Of a stretch of DNA of 64,000 bases, positions 45,310 through 55,489 are shown piece by piece; the first letter of the stretch is position 1, and each line of letters begins with the position of its first letter. The notes below the pieces were generated by a model that had not been told where the DNA came from, did no database searches, and was given only the letters and a program-made list of their open reading frames with translations. Both the position numbers and the translations under genes were made by a program. This stretch comes from an uncultured Gemmatimonadales bacterium (GTDB lineage: Bacteria; Gemmatimonadota; Gemmatimonadetes; Gemmatimonadales; Gemmatimonadaceae), in the NCBI GenBank assembly GCA_963851265.1, contig CAWKNZ010000009.1:64001-128000 (forward strand). Direction: 5' to 3'.

Positions 45310-45625
45310 GGCGGATCGATACCGCCGTGCGGGGCCGCGCGCGACAGTTCCGCCCACAGGCTGTCCGCGTCGCCCCCGGGCGCGGCCACGCGGACCCGGA
45401 GCCACGACCACGCCTGAAAAGCCTAACGCCGACTCCACTGCGTGCTCACGCGCTCGGGACGCTGGCGCACACCGCACGTCGGTCCCGAAACGCCCGCCGC
45501 GGAGACGCCCTCGATGCGGCGGTGGCTGCGGCGTTGCGCGACGATCTCCGGCACACGGGATCACGAACAATCCCGCGCCGGAGTGTGGGCCCGTGACACG
45601 ACGGGCGGGTCCACCCTCACCCCCA

Positions 45626-45654
45626 TTGCATTTGGGTGTTACAACACGCATATT
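45626..45654 (+). promoter_or_regulatory. Sigma70-like promoter with probable MarR operator
   Basis: TTGCAT-N17-CATATT ending 7 nt before ATG; GTGTT-AC-AACAC at 45636-45647 in the spacer. Confidence 0.6.
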
Positions 45655-45661
45655 GACCTGC

Positions 45662-46129
45662 ATGGCGTCCGCTCTCCAACAGGAACTCCGACAACACAAG
45701 CCCTTCGCGAGCCTCGAACAGGAGGCCTCGCTCAGCGTGGAGCGCACGGCGGCGCTGCTGCGGCACGAGCTGGCCGAGGCGCTCCGGCCGTTCGACCTCA
45801 CGGGCACGCAGTACAACGTCTTGCGCATTCTGCGCGGCGCCGGCCCGGCGGGGCTGTGCCGCTACGAGGTCGGCGACCGCCTCGTCGCGCAGGTGCCGGA
45901 CGTGACGCGTCTCCTCGACCGCCTCGAAGACGCCGGCCTCGTCGCGCGCGGGCGTAGCGCGGAAGACCGGCGCGTCGTGTCGACGCGGATCACGGCCGAC
46001 GGCCTCGCGCTCCTCGACCAGATCGAGGCGCCGATCACGGCCCTGCACGCCCGGCAGCTCGCTCGCCTCACACGCGACCAGCTCGCGACACTCATCGACC
46101 TGCTCGCAATCGCGCGGCGGCGCGACTGA
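45662..46129 (+). CDS. MarR-family regulator
   Basis: LTGTQYNVLRILRG, PDVTRLLDRLE, EDRR. Confidence 0.92.
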   Translation: MASALQQELRQHKPFASLEQEASLSVERTAALLRHELAEALRPFDLTGTQYNVLRILRGAGPAGLCRYEVGDRLVAQVPDVTRLLDRLEDAGLVARGRSAEDRRVVSTRITADGLALLDQIEAPITALHARQLARLTRDQLATLIDLLAIARRRD

Positions 46130-46224
46130 CCCGCGCCCCCCGCGTACGATCGCGCCGGCACGCGCGCCTGCACGTCCTCCAACACGTGTCGTCACATCCT
46201 TCGTCACCTCAACCAACATCCGCC

Positions 46225-46695
46225 ATGCACACCCGCAACGATCCCACTCGCATCGACATCGCCCTCACCGTCCTCCGCGTCGTCGTCGGCGGCATCTTCC
46301 TCGCCCACGGCGCGCAGAAGCTCTTCGTCTTCGGCTTCGCCGGCGTGTCCGGCGCGTTCGGCGGTATGCACGTTCCCGCGGCCGGCCTCACGGGCCCGCT
46401 CACCGCACTCGTCGAGTTCTTCGGCGGGCTCGCACTCGTCGCGGGGCTGCTGACGCGCCTCGCCGGCGCCGGCCTCGCCGTCGTGATGCTCGGCGCGATC
46501 GTCTTCGTGCACCTCGCGGGCGGGTTCTTCGCGCCGCACGGATTCGAGTACCCGCTGGCGCTGTTCGGCGCGCTCGTCGCGCTGGCCATCGCCGGTGCCG
46601 GACGCTACTCGCTCGACCAGATGCTGGCGGACCGCCGCGCGGCCGGCGCCGCGCGCGGGAACGAGGCGCCGGGCGCGTTCGCCGCCGCGCGCTGA
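46225..46695 (+). CDS. DoxX-family membrane protein (CatD-like)
   Basis: HGAQKL, EFFGG, GFEY, GAGRYSLD. Confidence 0.9.
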   Translation: MHTRNDPTRIDIALTVLRVVVGGIFLAHGAQKLFVFGFAGVSGAFGGMHVPAAGLTGPLTALVEFFGGLALVAGLLTRLAGAGLAVVMLGAIVFVHLAGGFFAPHGFEYPLALFGALVALAIAGAGRYSLDQMLADRRAAGAARGNEAPGAFAAAR

Positions 46696-46733
46696 CCGCC
46701 CGTCCCACCGTACACCCCTCACCCCAGGCTGCC

Positions 46734-47750
46734 ATGAGTGCGACCACGCACGACCTCTTCGGCGGAGCACCGGCCACCGCGCCGGCCACCCCGGGCAGCT
46801 ACGGCGACCCGCCGCACGGCGCGCACCGCCTTCCCGACGCGACGCGCCTCGGCGCCGTGCGGCTGCAGGTCGCCGACCTGGCCCGCTCGCTCGCGTTCTA
46901 CGAGGGTGTGCTCGGCCTGCACGTGCGCGCGCGCAGCGCCGGCCGGATCTCGTTAGGCACGCCGGCCGCACCGCCGGGCGGTGCGGCCGGCGACGGCCGC
47001 GAGCTGGTCGAACTCCGCGAGCGCCCGGGCGCGCGTCCCGTTCCGCGGCGCGGCCGGCTCGGGCTCTATCACTCCGCCGTCCTCCTTCCCGACCGCCCGA
47101 CGTTGGGGCGCTTCGCACGCCACCTCGCGACACTCGGCGTCCGCGCCGGCGCGGGCGACCACCTCGTGAGCGAGGCGCTGTACCTCACGGACCCCGACGG
47201 GCTCGGCGTCGAGGTCTACGCCGACCGCCCGCGGGAAGGCTGGCGGCGCGAGGGGCGCGAGCTGATGATGGCCACCGACCCGGTCGACATGACCGACCTC
47301 GTCGCCGCGGGGGGGGACGCGCCCTGGACCGGCGTGCCCGCGGGCACGACGATCGGGCACGTCCACCTGCACGTCGGGAGCACCGAGCAGGCTGCGGCGT
47401 TCTTCTCCGACGCGCTCGGCTTCGACCGCACGGTGTGGCGCTACCCCGGCGCGCTCTTCCTCGGCGCCGGCGGATACCACCACCACCTCGGCGCCAACAC
47501 GTGGGCCGGACCGGGCGCACGACCGCCGGCCGCGGACGACGCGCAGCTCCTCGAGTGGACGATCGAACTCCCCACGCCGGCCGACGTGGCGAACGCGGCA
47601 CGCAGTCTCGTCGCCGCGGGGCACGCCGTCGAAGGCGGGCGCGGCGCAGAGCCCGGACACGAGATCCTGACGCGTGATCCGTGGGGCACGGCGGTTCGGC
47701 TCCGCATCGCGGCGTCGCCCGGCGCGGACCGCGTTCCCGACGGTCCGTAG
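46734..47750 (+). CDS. VOC-family catechol 2,3-dioxygenase (CatE-like)
   Basis: GLYH, DHLVSEALY, DPDG, GHVHL, GGYHHH. Confidence 0.88.
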   Translation: MSATTHDLFGGAPATAPATPGSYGDPPHGAHRLPDATRLGAVRLQVADLARSLAFYEGVLGLHVRARSAGRISLGTPAAPPGGAAGDGRELVELRERPGARPVPRRGRLGLYHSAVLLPDRPTLGRFARHLATLGVRAGAGDHLVSEALYLTDPDGLGVEVYADRPREGWRREGRELMMATDPVDMTDLVAAGGDAPWTGVPAGTTIGHVHLHVGSTEQAAAFFSDALGFDRTVWRYPGALFLGAGGYHHHLGANTWAGPGARPPAADDAQLLEWTIELPTPADVANAARSLVAAGHAVEGGRGAEPGHEILTRDPWGTAVRLRIAASPGADRVPDGP

Positions 47751-47799
47751 CGGGTCTCATTGAGCGCGACGACGCGCGGGCAGCGCGACCGCGCCCAGG

Positions 47800-49197
47800 T
47801 CACGCGCGCCCGCCGAGCGCCGCGGCGAGCAGCACGGTGAAGGCGAGGGCGGCGACCGAGATCAGCGTCTCGCACACCGTCCACGTGCGGAGCGTCTCGG
47901 AGACCGACAGCCCGAAGTACTCCTTCACGAGCCAGAAGCCCCCGTCGTTCACGTGCGAGAGGACGAGCGACCCGGCGCCGGTCGCGAGCACCATCAACTC
48001 GGGCGAGACGCCGGCCGCGCGCGCCGCGACCGGGGCCGCGATCCCGCAGGCCGTGGTCATGGCCACCGTGGCCGAGCCGGTCGCGACGCGGATGAGCGCG
48101 GCGACGAGCCAGCCGAAGAGCAGCGGTGGCACGCGGGCGCGCGTCGCGAGCGCGACCACCGCGCCCGACACGCCGCCCTCCGTCAACACCCGCCCGAACC
48201 CCGCGCCCGCACCGACCACGAGGATCACCGCGGCCACCGGGCCGAGGCACTCGTTGGTGTAGCGGAGAATCGTGTCGCGGTCGAACCGGCGCCCGAGGGT
48301 CGCGAAGCTGGCGAGCAGCGCGACGAGGAGCGCGACGACGGGCGTGCCGGCGAGGCGCAGCATGCCGTTAGGCACGCCCCCCGCCGGCGCGACCGCGTCG
48401 GCCGCGTTGCCCAGGAGCATGAGCGCGACCGGCAGGAGCACCGTCCCCACGGTCACGCCGAACCCCGGCCGGCCACCGCGCCGCGCCGCGGGCTCCTGCT
48501 CGGTCAACTCGGCGCCGAGCGCGGTCGCGCCGCGCGGGACTGCATCCCGCGGCGTCCTACCCACGGCGCGCCGCGCCGCGACGCGCGGCGCGACGACGCG
48601 CGCGAACACCGGACCGGCGAGCGCTGCGGTGGGCAGCCCGACGGCGAGCGCGTAGAGCATGGTGCGGCCGATGTCGGCGTGGTACGCGGTCACCGCGATC
48701 AGCGCGGCCGGGTGCGGCGGGACGAGGCCGTGCACCACGCTCAGCGCCGCCACCATCGGGATGCCGACGAGCACCAGCGACGCGCCGGTGCGCCGCGCGA
48801 GGTCGAACGCGATGGGCGCGAGCAGCACGAGCCCGACGTCGAAGAACACCGGGAGGCCGACGAGCAGCGCGATGCAGGCCATCGCCCAGTGGACGTTCCG
48901 CGCGCCGAAGGCGGCGATCACGCGGCCCGCGATCTGCTCCGCCCCGCCCGACTCCGCCAGCATCTTGCCCAACATCGTGCCGAGCGCGATCACCACGGCG
49001 ATGTGCCCGAGCGCGGACCCCGCCCCGGCCTCGAACGACGCGACGACCTTGCCGAGGGGCATTCCCGTCGCCACGCCGAGGGCGAGCGAGACGAGAACGA
49101 GCGCGACGAACGGGTGCAGCTTCAGCCGCGCGATGAGCAGCACGAGGCACACGACCGCGGCCGCCGCGGCGAGCAGCAGCTGATTACCCTGAAGCAC
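47800..49197 (-). CDS. GntP/DsdX-family permease
   Basis: KLHPF, LGKMLAESGGA, HGLVPPHP, SHVNDGGFW. Confidence 0.92.
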   Translation of the reverse strand: MLQGNQLLLAAAAAVVCLVLLIARLKLHPFVALVLVSLALGVATGMPLGKVVASFEAGAGSALGHIAVVIALGTMLGKMLAESGGAEQIAGRVIAAFGARNVHWAMACIALLVGLPVFFDVGLVLLAPIAFDLARRTGASLVLVGIPMVAALSVVHGLVPPHPAALIAVTAYHADIGRTMLYALAVGLPTAALAGPVFARVVAPRVAARRAVGRTPRDAVPRGATALGAELTEQEPAARRGGRPGFGVTVGTVLLPVALMLLGNAADAVAPAGGVPNGMLRLAGTPVVALLVALLASFATLGRRFDRDTILRYTNECLGPVAAVILVVGAGAGFGRVLTEGGVSGAVVALATRARVPPLLFGWLVAALIRVATGSATVAMTTACGIAAPVAARAAGVSPELMVLATGAGSLVLSHVNDGGFWLVKEYFGLSVSETLRTWTVCETLISVAALAFTVLLAAALGGRA

Positions 49198-49230
49198 GCG
49201 CGGGATCCGATGTGTGAGGGGGAGGACGGC

Positions 49231-50691
49231 ATGCAACGCTGCGACACTCTCATCCGCAACGCCACGGTGGTCGACGGGACGGGCGCGCCCGCCGTGCGCG
49301 CCGACGTGGCGCTCGCGGCCGGGCGGGTCGCGGCCATCGGTGCACTCGACCCGCGGGCGTGGCGGGCCGACGACGAGCGAGATGCCGCGGGACTGGTGCT
49401 CTGCCCCGGGTTCGTCGACGTGCACACGCACGACGACACGAGCGTGGTCCGCGCGCCGGGCATGTGGCCCAAGCTGTCGCAGGGTGTGACGACGGTGGTG
49501 GTCGGCAACTGCGGCGTGAGCGCCGCGCCCGTGCGCCTGCGCGGCGAGCCGCCCGACCCGATGAACCTGCTCGGGCGGGCGGAGGACTTCCGCTACCCCA
49601 CATTCGCGTCGTACCGCGAGGCCGTCGAGCGCGCGCACCCCGCGGTCAACGTGGCCGCGCTCGTGGGCCACACGGCGCTGCGCGCCAACCACATGGACCG
49701 CCTCGACCGTCCTGCCGCGCCCCGCGAGGTCGCCGCCATGCGCGCCGAGCTGCGCGACGCGCTCGCCGGCGGCGCGTTAGGCCTCAGCACGGGGCTCGCC
49801 TACGCGAACGCGCGCCACGCCCCGGCGGCGGAGGTGCTCGCGCTGGCCGAGCCGCTCGCGGAGGCGGGCGCGCTGTACGCGACGCACGTCCGGAGCGAGT
49901 TCGCCGGGATCCTCGATGCGCTCGACGAGGCGGTGCGCGTCGGGCGGCACGCGCGCGTGCCGGTGGTGGTCTCCCACCTGAAGTGCGCAGGCCCCGAGAA
50001 CTGGGGGCGGAGCGACGAGGTGCTCGCCACGCTCGACGCCGCGCGACGCACGAGCCCATCAGGCGACGACGTGGTCGGGTGGGACTGCTACCCGTACGCC
50101 GCCGGCTCCTCGACGCTCGACCTCGATCAGGTCGACGACCGCGTCGAGATCACGATCACCTGGTCGGACCCGCACCCCGAGGCGGGCGGACGGTCGCTCG
50201 CAGAGGTCGCGGCCGCGTGGGGCATGCCGCCCATCGAGGCGGCTCGGCGGCTGCAGCCGGCGGGCGCGATTTATCACTCGATGTCGGAGGCCGATGTCCG
50301 GCGCATCCTGTCACACCCGGCCACCATCATCGGCTCGGACGGGCTGCCCAACGACCCCCGCCCGCACCCGCGCCTCTGGGGGGCGTTCCCGCGCGTGCTG
50401 GGCCACTACTGCCGCGACGTGGGCCTGTTCCCGCTCGCCGACGCCGTGCACAGGATGACCGGGCTCTCGGCCCGGCGCTTCGGGCTCGCCCGACGCGGCG
50501 AGGTGCGCGAGGGGCACTGGGCGGACCTCGTGCTGTTCGATCCCGCGACGGTGCGCGACGTGGCGACGTACGCGGACCCGCAGCGGCCGGCCGCGGGCAT
50601 CGCGGCCGTGTGGGTCAACGGCGTGCTGAGCAGCGAGGGGCAGGTCCCGACCGGCGCGCGCGGCGGGCGGTTCCTCCCCCGCGGCGCCTAA
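49231..50691 (+). CDS. N-acyl-D-amino acid deacylase
   Basis: PGFVDVHTHDD, GNCG, HVR, SHLK, GSDG, HPRLWGAF; GGAGG RBS. Confidence 0.93.
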   Translation: MQRCDTLIRNATVVDGTGAPAVRADVALAAGRVAAIGALDPRAWRADDERDAAGLVLCPGFVDVHTHDDTSVVRAPGMWPKLSQGVTTVVVGNCGVSAAPVRLRGEPPDPMNLLGRAEDFRYPTFASYREAVERAHPAVNVAALVGHTALRANHMDRLDRPAAPREVAAMRAELRDALAGGALGLSTGLAYANARHAPAAEVLALAEPLAEAGALYATHVRSEFAGILDALDEAVRVGRHARVPVVVSHLKCAGPENWGRSDEVLATLDAARRTSPSGDDVVGWDCYPYAAGSSTLDLDQVDDRVEITITWSDPHPEAGGRSLAEVAAAWGMPPIEAARRLQPAGAIYHSMSEADVRRILSHPATIIGSDGLPNDPRPHPRLWGAFPRVLGHYCRDVGLFPLADAVHRMTGLSARRFGLARRGEVREGHWADLVLFDPATVRDVATYADPQRPAAGIAAVWVNGVLSSEGQVPTGARGGRFLPRGA

Positions 50692-50699
50692 CACCCCGG

Positions 50700-52447
50700 C
50701 TACGGCCGCAGCGGCCGGTAGTTCACGTCGAGCGCGTCCAACCGCCGCAGGTGCGCGCGCAGTCGCGCCGTGAAGTTCGCGAAGTCCCGCGACGCGCGAG
50801 GCGACCACGTCACCTCGGCCAGCGCCGACAGGCGCGGGTACGCCATGTACTCGGCCTGCTTGGGCGTCGGCACGTACTCCGTCCACAGGTTGCCCTGCGC
50901 GCCGAGCACGTGGCGCGCCTCCGAGGCGGAGAGTTCGGTCGGCACGGGCTCGAAGGCGTACACCGTGTCGAGCGGCAGATATCCGCCGCCGGCGAGCGGC
51001 TCCGACGCGTGGTCGCGCGACTGGTAGTAATCGAGGTACACGCGGCTCGTCGGCGTCATCACCACGTCGTGGCCGGCGCGCGCGGCCGCGATGCCACCCG
51101 CGGTGCCGCGCCACGACATCACCGCAGCGCCGGGCGCGAGCCCGCCTTCGAGGATCTCGTCCCACCCGATGAGGCGGCGTCCGCGCGCCGTGAGGAACGC
51201 GTCCATCTGCCGGATGAACCAGCTCTGCAATTCGTGCTCGTCCTTGAGCCCGAGCGCGCGGATGCGCGCCTGCACCTGCGGGTCGGCGCGCCATCGCGCC
51301 TTGTCGGCCTCGTCGCCCCCGACGTGCACGAACGGACCCGGGAAGATGGCGAGCACCTCGGTCAGCACGTCCTGCATGAACCGGACGGTGCCCGGCTCCG
51401 CGTTCAGGATGTTGTCGAACACGCCCCAGCGCGTGGCGACCGCCGAAGGCTGGGGGGCGACGCCGAGCTCGGGGTAGGCGGCGATGGCCGCGACGGCGTG
51501 CCCGGGCATCTCGATCTCGGGCACGACCGTGACGTGGCGCGCGGCGGCGTAGGCGACCACCTCGCGCGCATCGTCCTGCGTGTAGAAGCCGCCGTGGGGC
51601 ACCGAGTCGTACACCCACGCCGCGGAATCACCGCGCGCCTGCCGGCCCGCGACCGTCATCGCGCGCCGCGAGCCCACGGCCGTGAGGCGCGGGTACTTCT
51701 TGATCTCGAGCCGCCACCCCTGGTCCTCGGTGAGGTGCCAGTGAAAGGTGTTCATCTTGTGGAGCGCGAGCAGGTCGATGTACTTCTCGACGAACTCCTT
51801 GGGCATGAAGTGGCGGCCCACGTCGAGCATCCCGCCGCGCCACACGAAGCGCGGCGCGTCCTCGATGCGCGCGGCGGGCATCGTCCACGCGACCCCGCGC
51901 ACCGGCGCCGCGCGAAAGACGTCGGGCGGCAGCAGCTGACGGATCGTCTGCACGGCGTAGAACAGCCCGGCCTGCCCGGCCGCGCGCGCCGTCACCCGGT
52001 CCGGACGTACCTCGAGCGCGTAGCCCTCGTCACCGAGCCGCGCGAGCGACGCGTCGAGCCGGAGCACGATCGCCCCCGCCCTGGCGGACGCGGCGCCCGG
52101 CGGCAGCATCCCCTCGCGCACCGCGAGCGCGTAGCCGGTGGCCGGCTCGAGGTAGCCGGCGAGTTGACGCCCGACCGTGGCCGCCGCGGGCTGGCCGGGC
52201 GCCGTCCAGATCACCGTGCCCGCCGTGAGCGCGAACCGCCCCGGCTTGGCGTCAGCTGTACCGGCCGGGGGACGACCGAGATCGCGGGCGCTGAGTCCCT
52301 CACAGGCGAACCCCCCGCGGGCGAAGTCCCCGCGCGGGGCTCGGTGGCGGCCTGCGCGCCCGCGGGCCGGCTCGCGAGCGCCGCCAGACACGCCCCGAAC
52401 GCGGCGGCCGACCGCGTTGCGCGCGTTGCGCGCGTCGCGCCTGTCAT
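50700..52447 (-). pseudogene. GH20 beta-N-acetylhexosaminidase with a frameshift near 52249
   Basis: RGGMLDVGRHF, HWHLTEDQGWR, EIEMPGH, HVGGDEA; signal peptide and ISVVPRPVQL lie in another frame from ATG52447. Confidence 0.85.
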
Positions 52448-53400
52448 GCGCCGAACCGCACGCGACGCGTCTCCAGCTCCTGCCCCGTGGAGTGCGTGAG
52501 CGACCCGTAGAGGTCGGGCCGGCGCGCGCGGAGCCACCGCCGCCCCGACGACGTGGGCAGCAGCGACGCGTCGAGGTCCGCGACGACCATCGCGTCGCCT
52601 AACGCGCGCGTCTCGGCGACGATCTCGCCGTAGGGGTCGAGCACCATCGCGTTGCCCGTCCGGATCTCGTCGTCGTCGGGGCCGATGCCGTTACTGAACA
52701 GCAGGAACATGCCGTTGTCGTGCGCCCGGCTCGGGAGCCAGCGCATCAGCCACCCGCGCCCCTTGGGCCCGCACAGCTCGGCCTCGCACGCCGCCGGGTC
52801 CTCCCCACGGCGCGCCCACACGGCGGGGTCCACCGGCTTCATCCCGCGCGGGCTCACCGAATCGCACCCGCCGGTCTGGTGCGGCGCGAGCAACACCTCG
52901 GCGCCGAGCAGCGCGGTGGCGCGCACGTTCTCGACGATGTTGTTGTCGTAGCAGATCAGGACGCCCACGCGGCAGCCGTGCGGGGTGTCGAACACCGTAT
53001 ACCGGTCACCCGCGGCGATGTCGGGGTGCTCGAACACGTGCAGCTTGCGGTGGACGGCCCACGCGCCGTCGGGCATCGCGACGACGTACGCGTTGTAGAC
53101 GCGCCCGTCCTCGCCCAGCTCCAGGAGCCCCGCGCCGACCGTCATCCCGTGCTCCCGCGCGAGCCGCAGGAGCTCCGCGGTCGACGGCCCGTCGGGCACC
53201 GGCTCGGCCAGCGCCTCGAAGGCCTCGCGCGAGAGCTTGCGCACGTGCCAGTATCCCGTCAGGCACATCTCCGGAAAGACGATCAACTCCACGCCCGCGC
53301 GGGCCGCGTCGGCCGCGAAGTGTCGGACCCGCCCGACGTTGTACGCCTTGTCGCCCGGCGCGTGCTGGAACTGGACCGTCGCCACCCGGATATCGCGCAT
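52444..53400 (-). CDS. Nitrilase/carbon-nitrogen hydrolase family protein
   Basis: E-K-C triad: FPEM, HRKLH, ICYD. Confidence 0.92.
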   Translation of the reverse strand: MRDIRVATVQFQHAPGDKAYNVGRVRHFAADAARAGVELIVFPEMCLTGYWHVRKLSREAFEALAEPVPDGPSTAELLRLAREHGMTVGAGLLELGEDGRVYNAYVVAMPDGAWAVHRKLHVFEHPDIAAGDRYTVFDTPHGCRVGVLICYDNNIVENVRATALLGAEVLLAPHQTGGCDSVSPRGMKPVDPAVWARRGEDPAACEAELCGPKGRGWLMRWLPSRAHDNGMFLLFSNGIGPDDDEIRTGNAMVLDPYGEIVAETRALGDAMVVADLDASLLPTSSGRRWLRARRPDLYGSLTHSTGQELETRRVRFGA

Positions 53401-53539
53401 GTTCTCCCCTGACGGATACGCCCGCTGCCGTGGGCGACGCCCGACAACATGGCCCCGCGCACGCCGGCGGCAAAGTGCGCTCGGCGTCCGCGCGACGCGG
53501 AGCCGCGCGAGCGCCGCGCGAGCGCCGCGCGAGCGGCTG

Positions 53540-55489
53540 TCACCCCGGCCCCCCATCGAGCAGCGCGCGCGCCGCCGCGATCTCGGCGCCGAGGTCGTCG
53601 GGTTCGCCGACGCCCGCGCCGATCCGCAGCAGCTGCACGCGGATGTTCTCGCGCGCGGCGGCCAGCGCCGTGCGCCCCGCGCGCGCCGCGTCGAGTGCGC
53701 GACGCATGTCCGCCACCAGCGCGTCGCGGTGCGCGAGCAGCGCGGACGGCGCGCGGGTCGGGTCGTCCGTCGTCACGTCACCGGCCGCCGAGATTCCTGC
53801 CGCGGCCACGGCGCGCGCGACGTCGGCCTCGCGCGCGCCGAGCGACGCGTACGCCGCCTCGATCCGCCGCAGCGTGTGCGGCAGCTCAGGGAACCGCGCC
53901 AGCACGGCGGGCGGCAGCGCGTCGGGCGACGCCAGCGCGTCCGGCGCCGCACCCCTCGCCCCGGGCGCGCCGCCGTGTGCGCGCGCAGGGCGGCCCACGC
54001 CCGCGAGTCGGAAGAACGCCGGGCCGAATCGGCCCTCCCAGACCCGGGCGGTGAGGCGAAAGAAGCGCCGCTCCGCCCGCGGCGACGCGTTGAGCGCGAT
54101 GACGAGGCTCAGCGCCGTCGTCAGGTCGGCGAGGACGGTCGCCGCGATCCAGCCCCCGCCGGGGTGCGTGCCGGGCGCGGGGCGCAGCAGCCGCACGAGC
54201 GTCACCCCCTTGAGCACGAGCGCGACGCCGAGGACCGCCCAGGCGCGTCGCCGCGTGCGGCGGTCGGCCTCCGTGCGGCGTGCGTCGAACACGGCGCGCA
54301 GCTCGGCTTCGTGCGACCGCCGCTCGCGCGCGAACGCCCAGCGCACGTCGCCGGCGCCGTAGCCCTCGGCGATCAGCTCGCGCGCGCGACGCAGCAGATC
54401 GGCCGACACCACGATCGCGCCGAATGCGATGCCGAACGCCAGCGCGGCGAGGTTGCGCGTCGACGGGAGCCCGTAGAACACCGTGAACACCACGATCAGC
54501 CACACGAGCCACATCGTCTGCTCGGCGGCGCGCACGAAACTGCGCACGGGCGGCGCGATGTCCGCGTCCGACGTCGCGCCGCTGCGCGGCACGAGCGCCT
54601 CGGCGACCGCCTCCCCCGACGGGAACCGCGCTTCCGGCGCGCGTGCGAGACACCGGTCGATGACCCCGGCGAGCCACGGCGGGACGTCCGGACGGACCGA
54701 GGCGACGGGCGGCGCGGCGGTCGTGAGCCGCTGGACCAGGAGCGCCGCCGCGGTCGGCGCCTGGAACGGCGGCCGACCGGTGAGCAGGTAGAAGCCGAGC
54801 CCCCCGAGGGCGTAGAGGTCGCTCCGCCCGTCGACCGGCTCGCCCGCGGCCTGCTCCGGGCTCATGAAGGCGACCGACCCGAGGATCTCACCCTCGCCCG
54901 TGAGCGTCGATGGCGCGCGCTCGGATCGGGCGATCCCGAAGTCGCTCACCAGGGCACGCCCCGAGCCGCGCTCGACCATCACGTTCTCGGGTTTCACGTC
55001 GCGGTGCACGACCCCGCGACCGTGCGCGTACGCGAGGGCCCATGCCACCTCGCGGAGCACGCGCGCCGCCTCCCCCGGCGGGAGCGGCCCCGCACGCCGC
55101 ACGCGGTCGGCCAGCGTCTCGCCGTCCACGTAGGCCATCGCGAAGAACACCGCGTCCGCGTGCTCCTCGACCGCGTGGATCGGCACCACGTGCGGGTGCG
55201 ACAGGCCGGCGCTGATGCGCGCCTCGCGGAGGAACCGCGCCCGGAGCCCAGGGTCGACTCCCAGAGCGCCCGGCAGCACCTTGATCGCGACCGGGCGGTC
55301 GAGCGCCACGTCGCGCGCGAGCAGCACCAGCCCCATGCCCCCGCGCCCGAGCTCGCGTACGAGCGCGTACCGCCCCGCGACAGCCCCCTGCAGCGCGGCG
55401 ACGTCGCGCGCGAGCGGGGCCGGGCTCAGGAGGCCTGTCCTCCGTCCGCAGTCACGCGGGCCACCGGCGCCGGAAGCACGCTGCGGCAC
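53540..55489 (-). CDS. Hanks-type Ser/Thr kinase with 4 TM helices; true start probably near 55429
   Basis: GRGGMG, VAIK, HRDVKPEN, DFG, MSPE. Confidence 0.9.
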   Translation of the reverse strand: MPQRASGAGGPRDCGRRTGLLSPAPLARDVAALQGAVAGRYALVRELGRGGMGLVLLARDVALDRPVAIKVLPGALGVDPGLRARFLREARISAGLSHPHVVPIHAVEEHADAVFFAMAYVDGETLADRVRRAGPLPPGEAARVLREVAWALAYAHGRGVVHRDVKPENVMVERGSGRALVSDFGIARSERAPSTLTGEGEILGSVAFMSPEQAAGEPVDGRSDLYALGGLGFYLLTGRPPFQAPTAAALLVQRLTTAAPPVASVRPDVPPWLAGVIDRCLARAPEARFPSGEAVAEALVPRSGATSDADIAPPVRSFVRAAEQTMWLVWLIVVFTVFYGLPSTRNLAALAFGIAFGAIVVSADLLRRARELIAEGYGAGDVRWAFARERRSHEAELRAVFDARRTEADRRTRRRAWAVLGVALVLKGVTLVRLLRPAPGTHPGGGWIAATVLADLTTALSLVIALNASPRAERRFFRLTARVWEGRFGPAFFRLAGVGRPARAHGGAPGARGAAPDALASPDALPPAVLARFPELPHTLRRIEAAYASLGAREADVARAVAAAGISAAGDVTTDDPTRAPSALLAHRDALVADMRRALDAARAGRTALAAARENIRVQLLRIGAGVGEPDDLGAEIAAARALLDGGPG

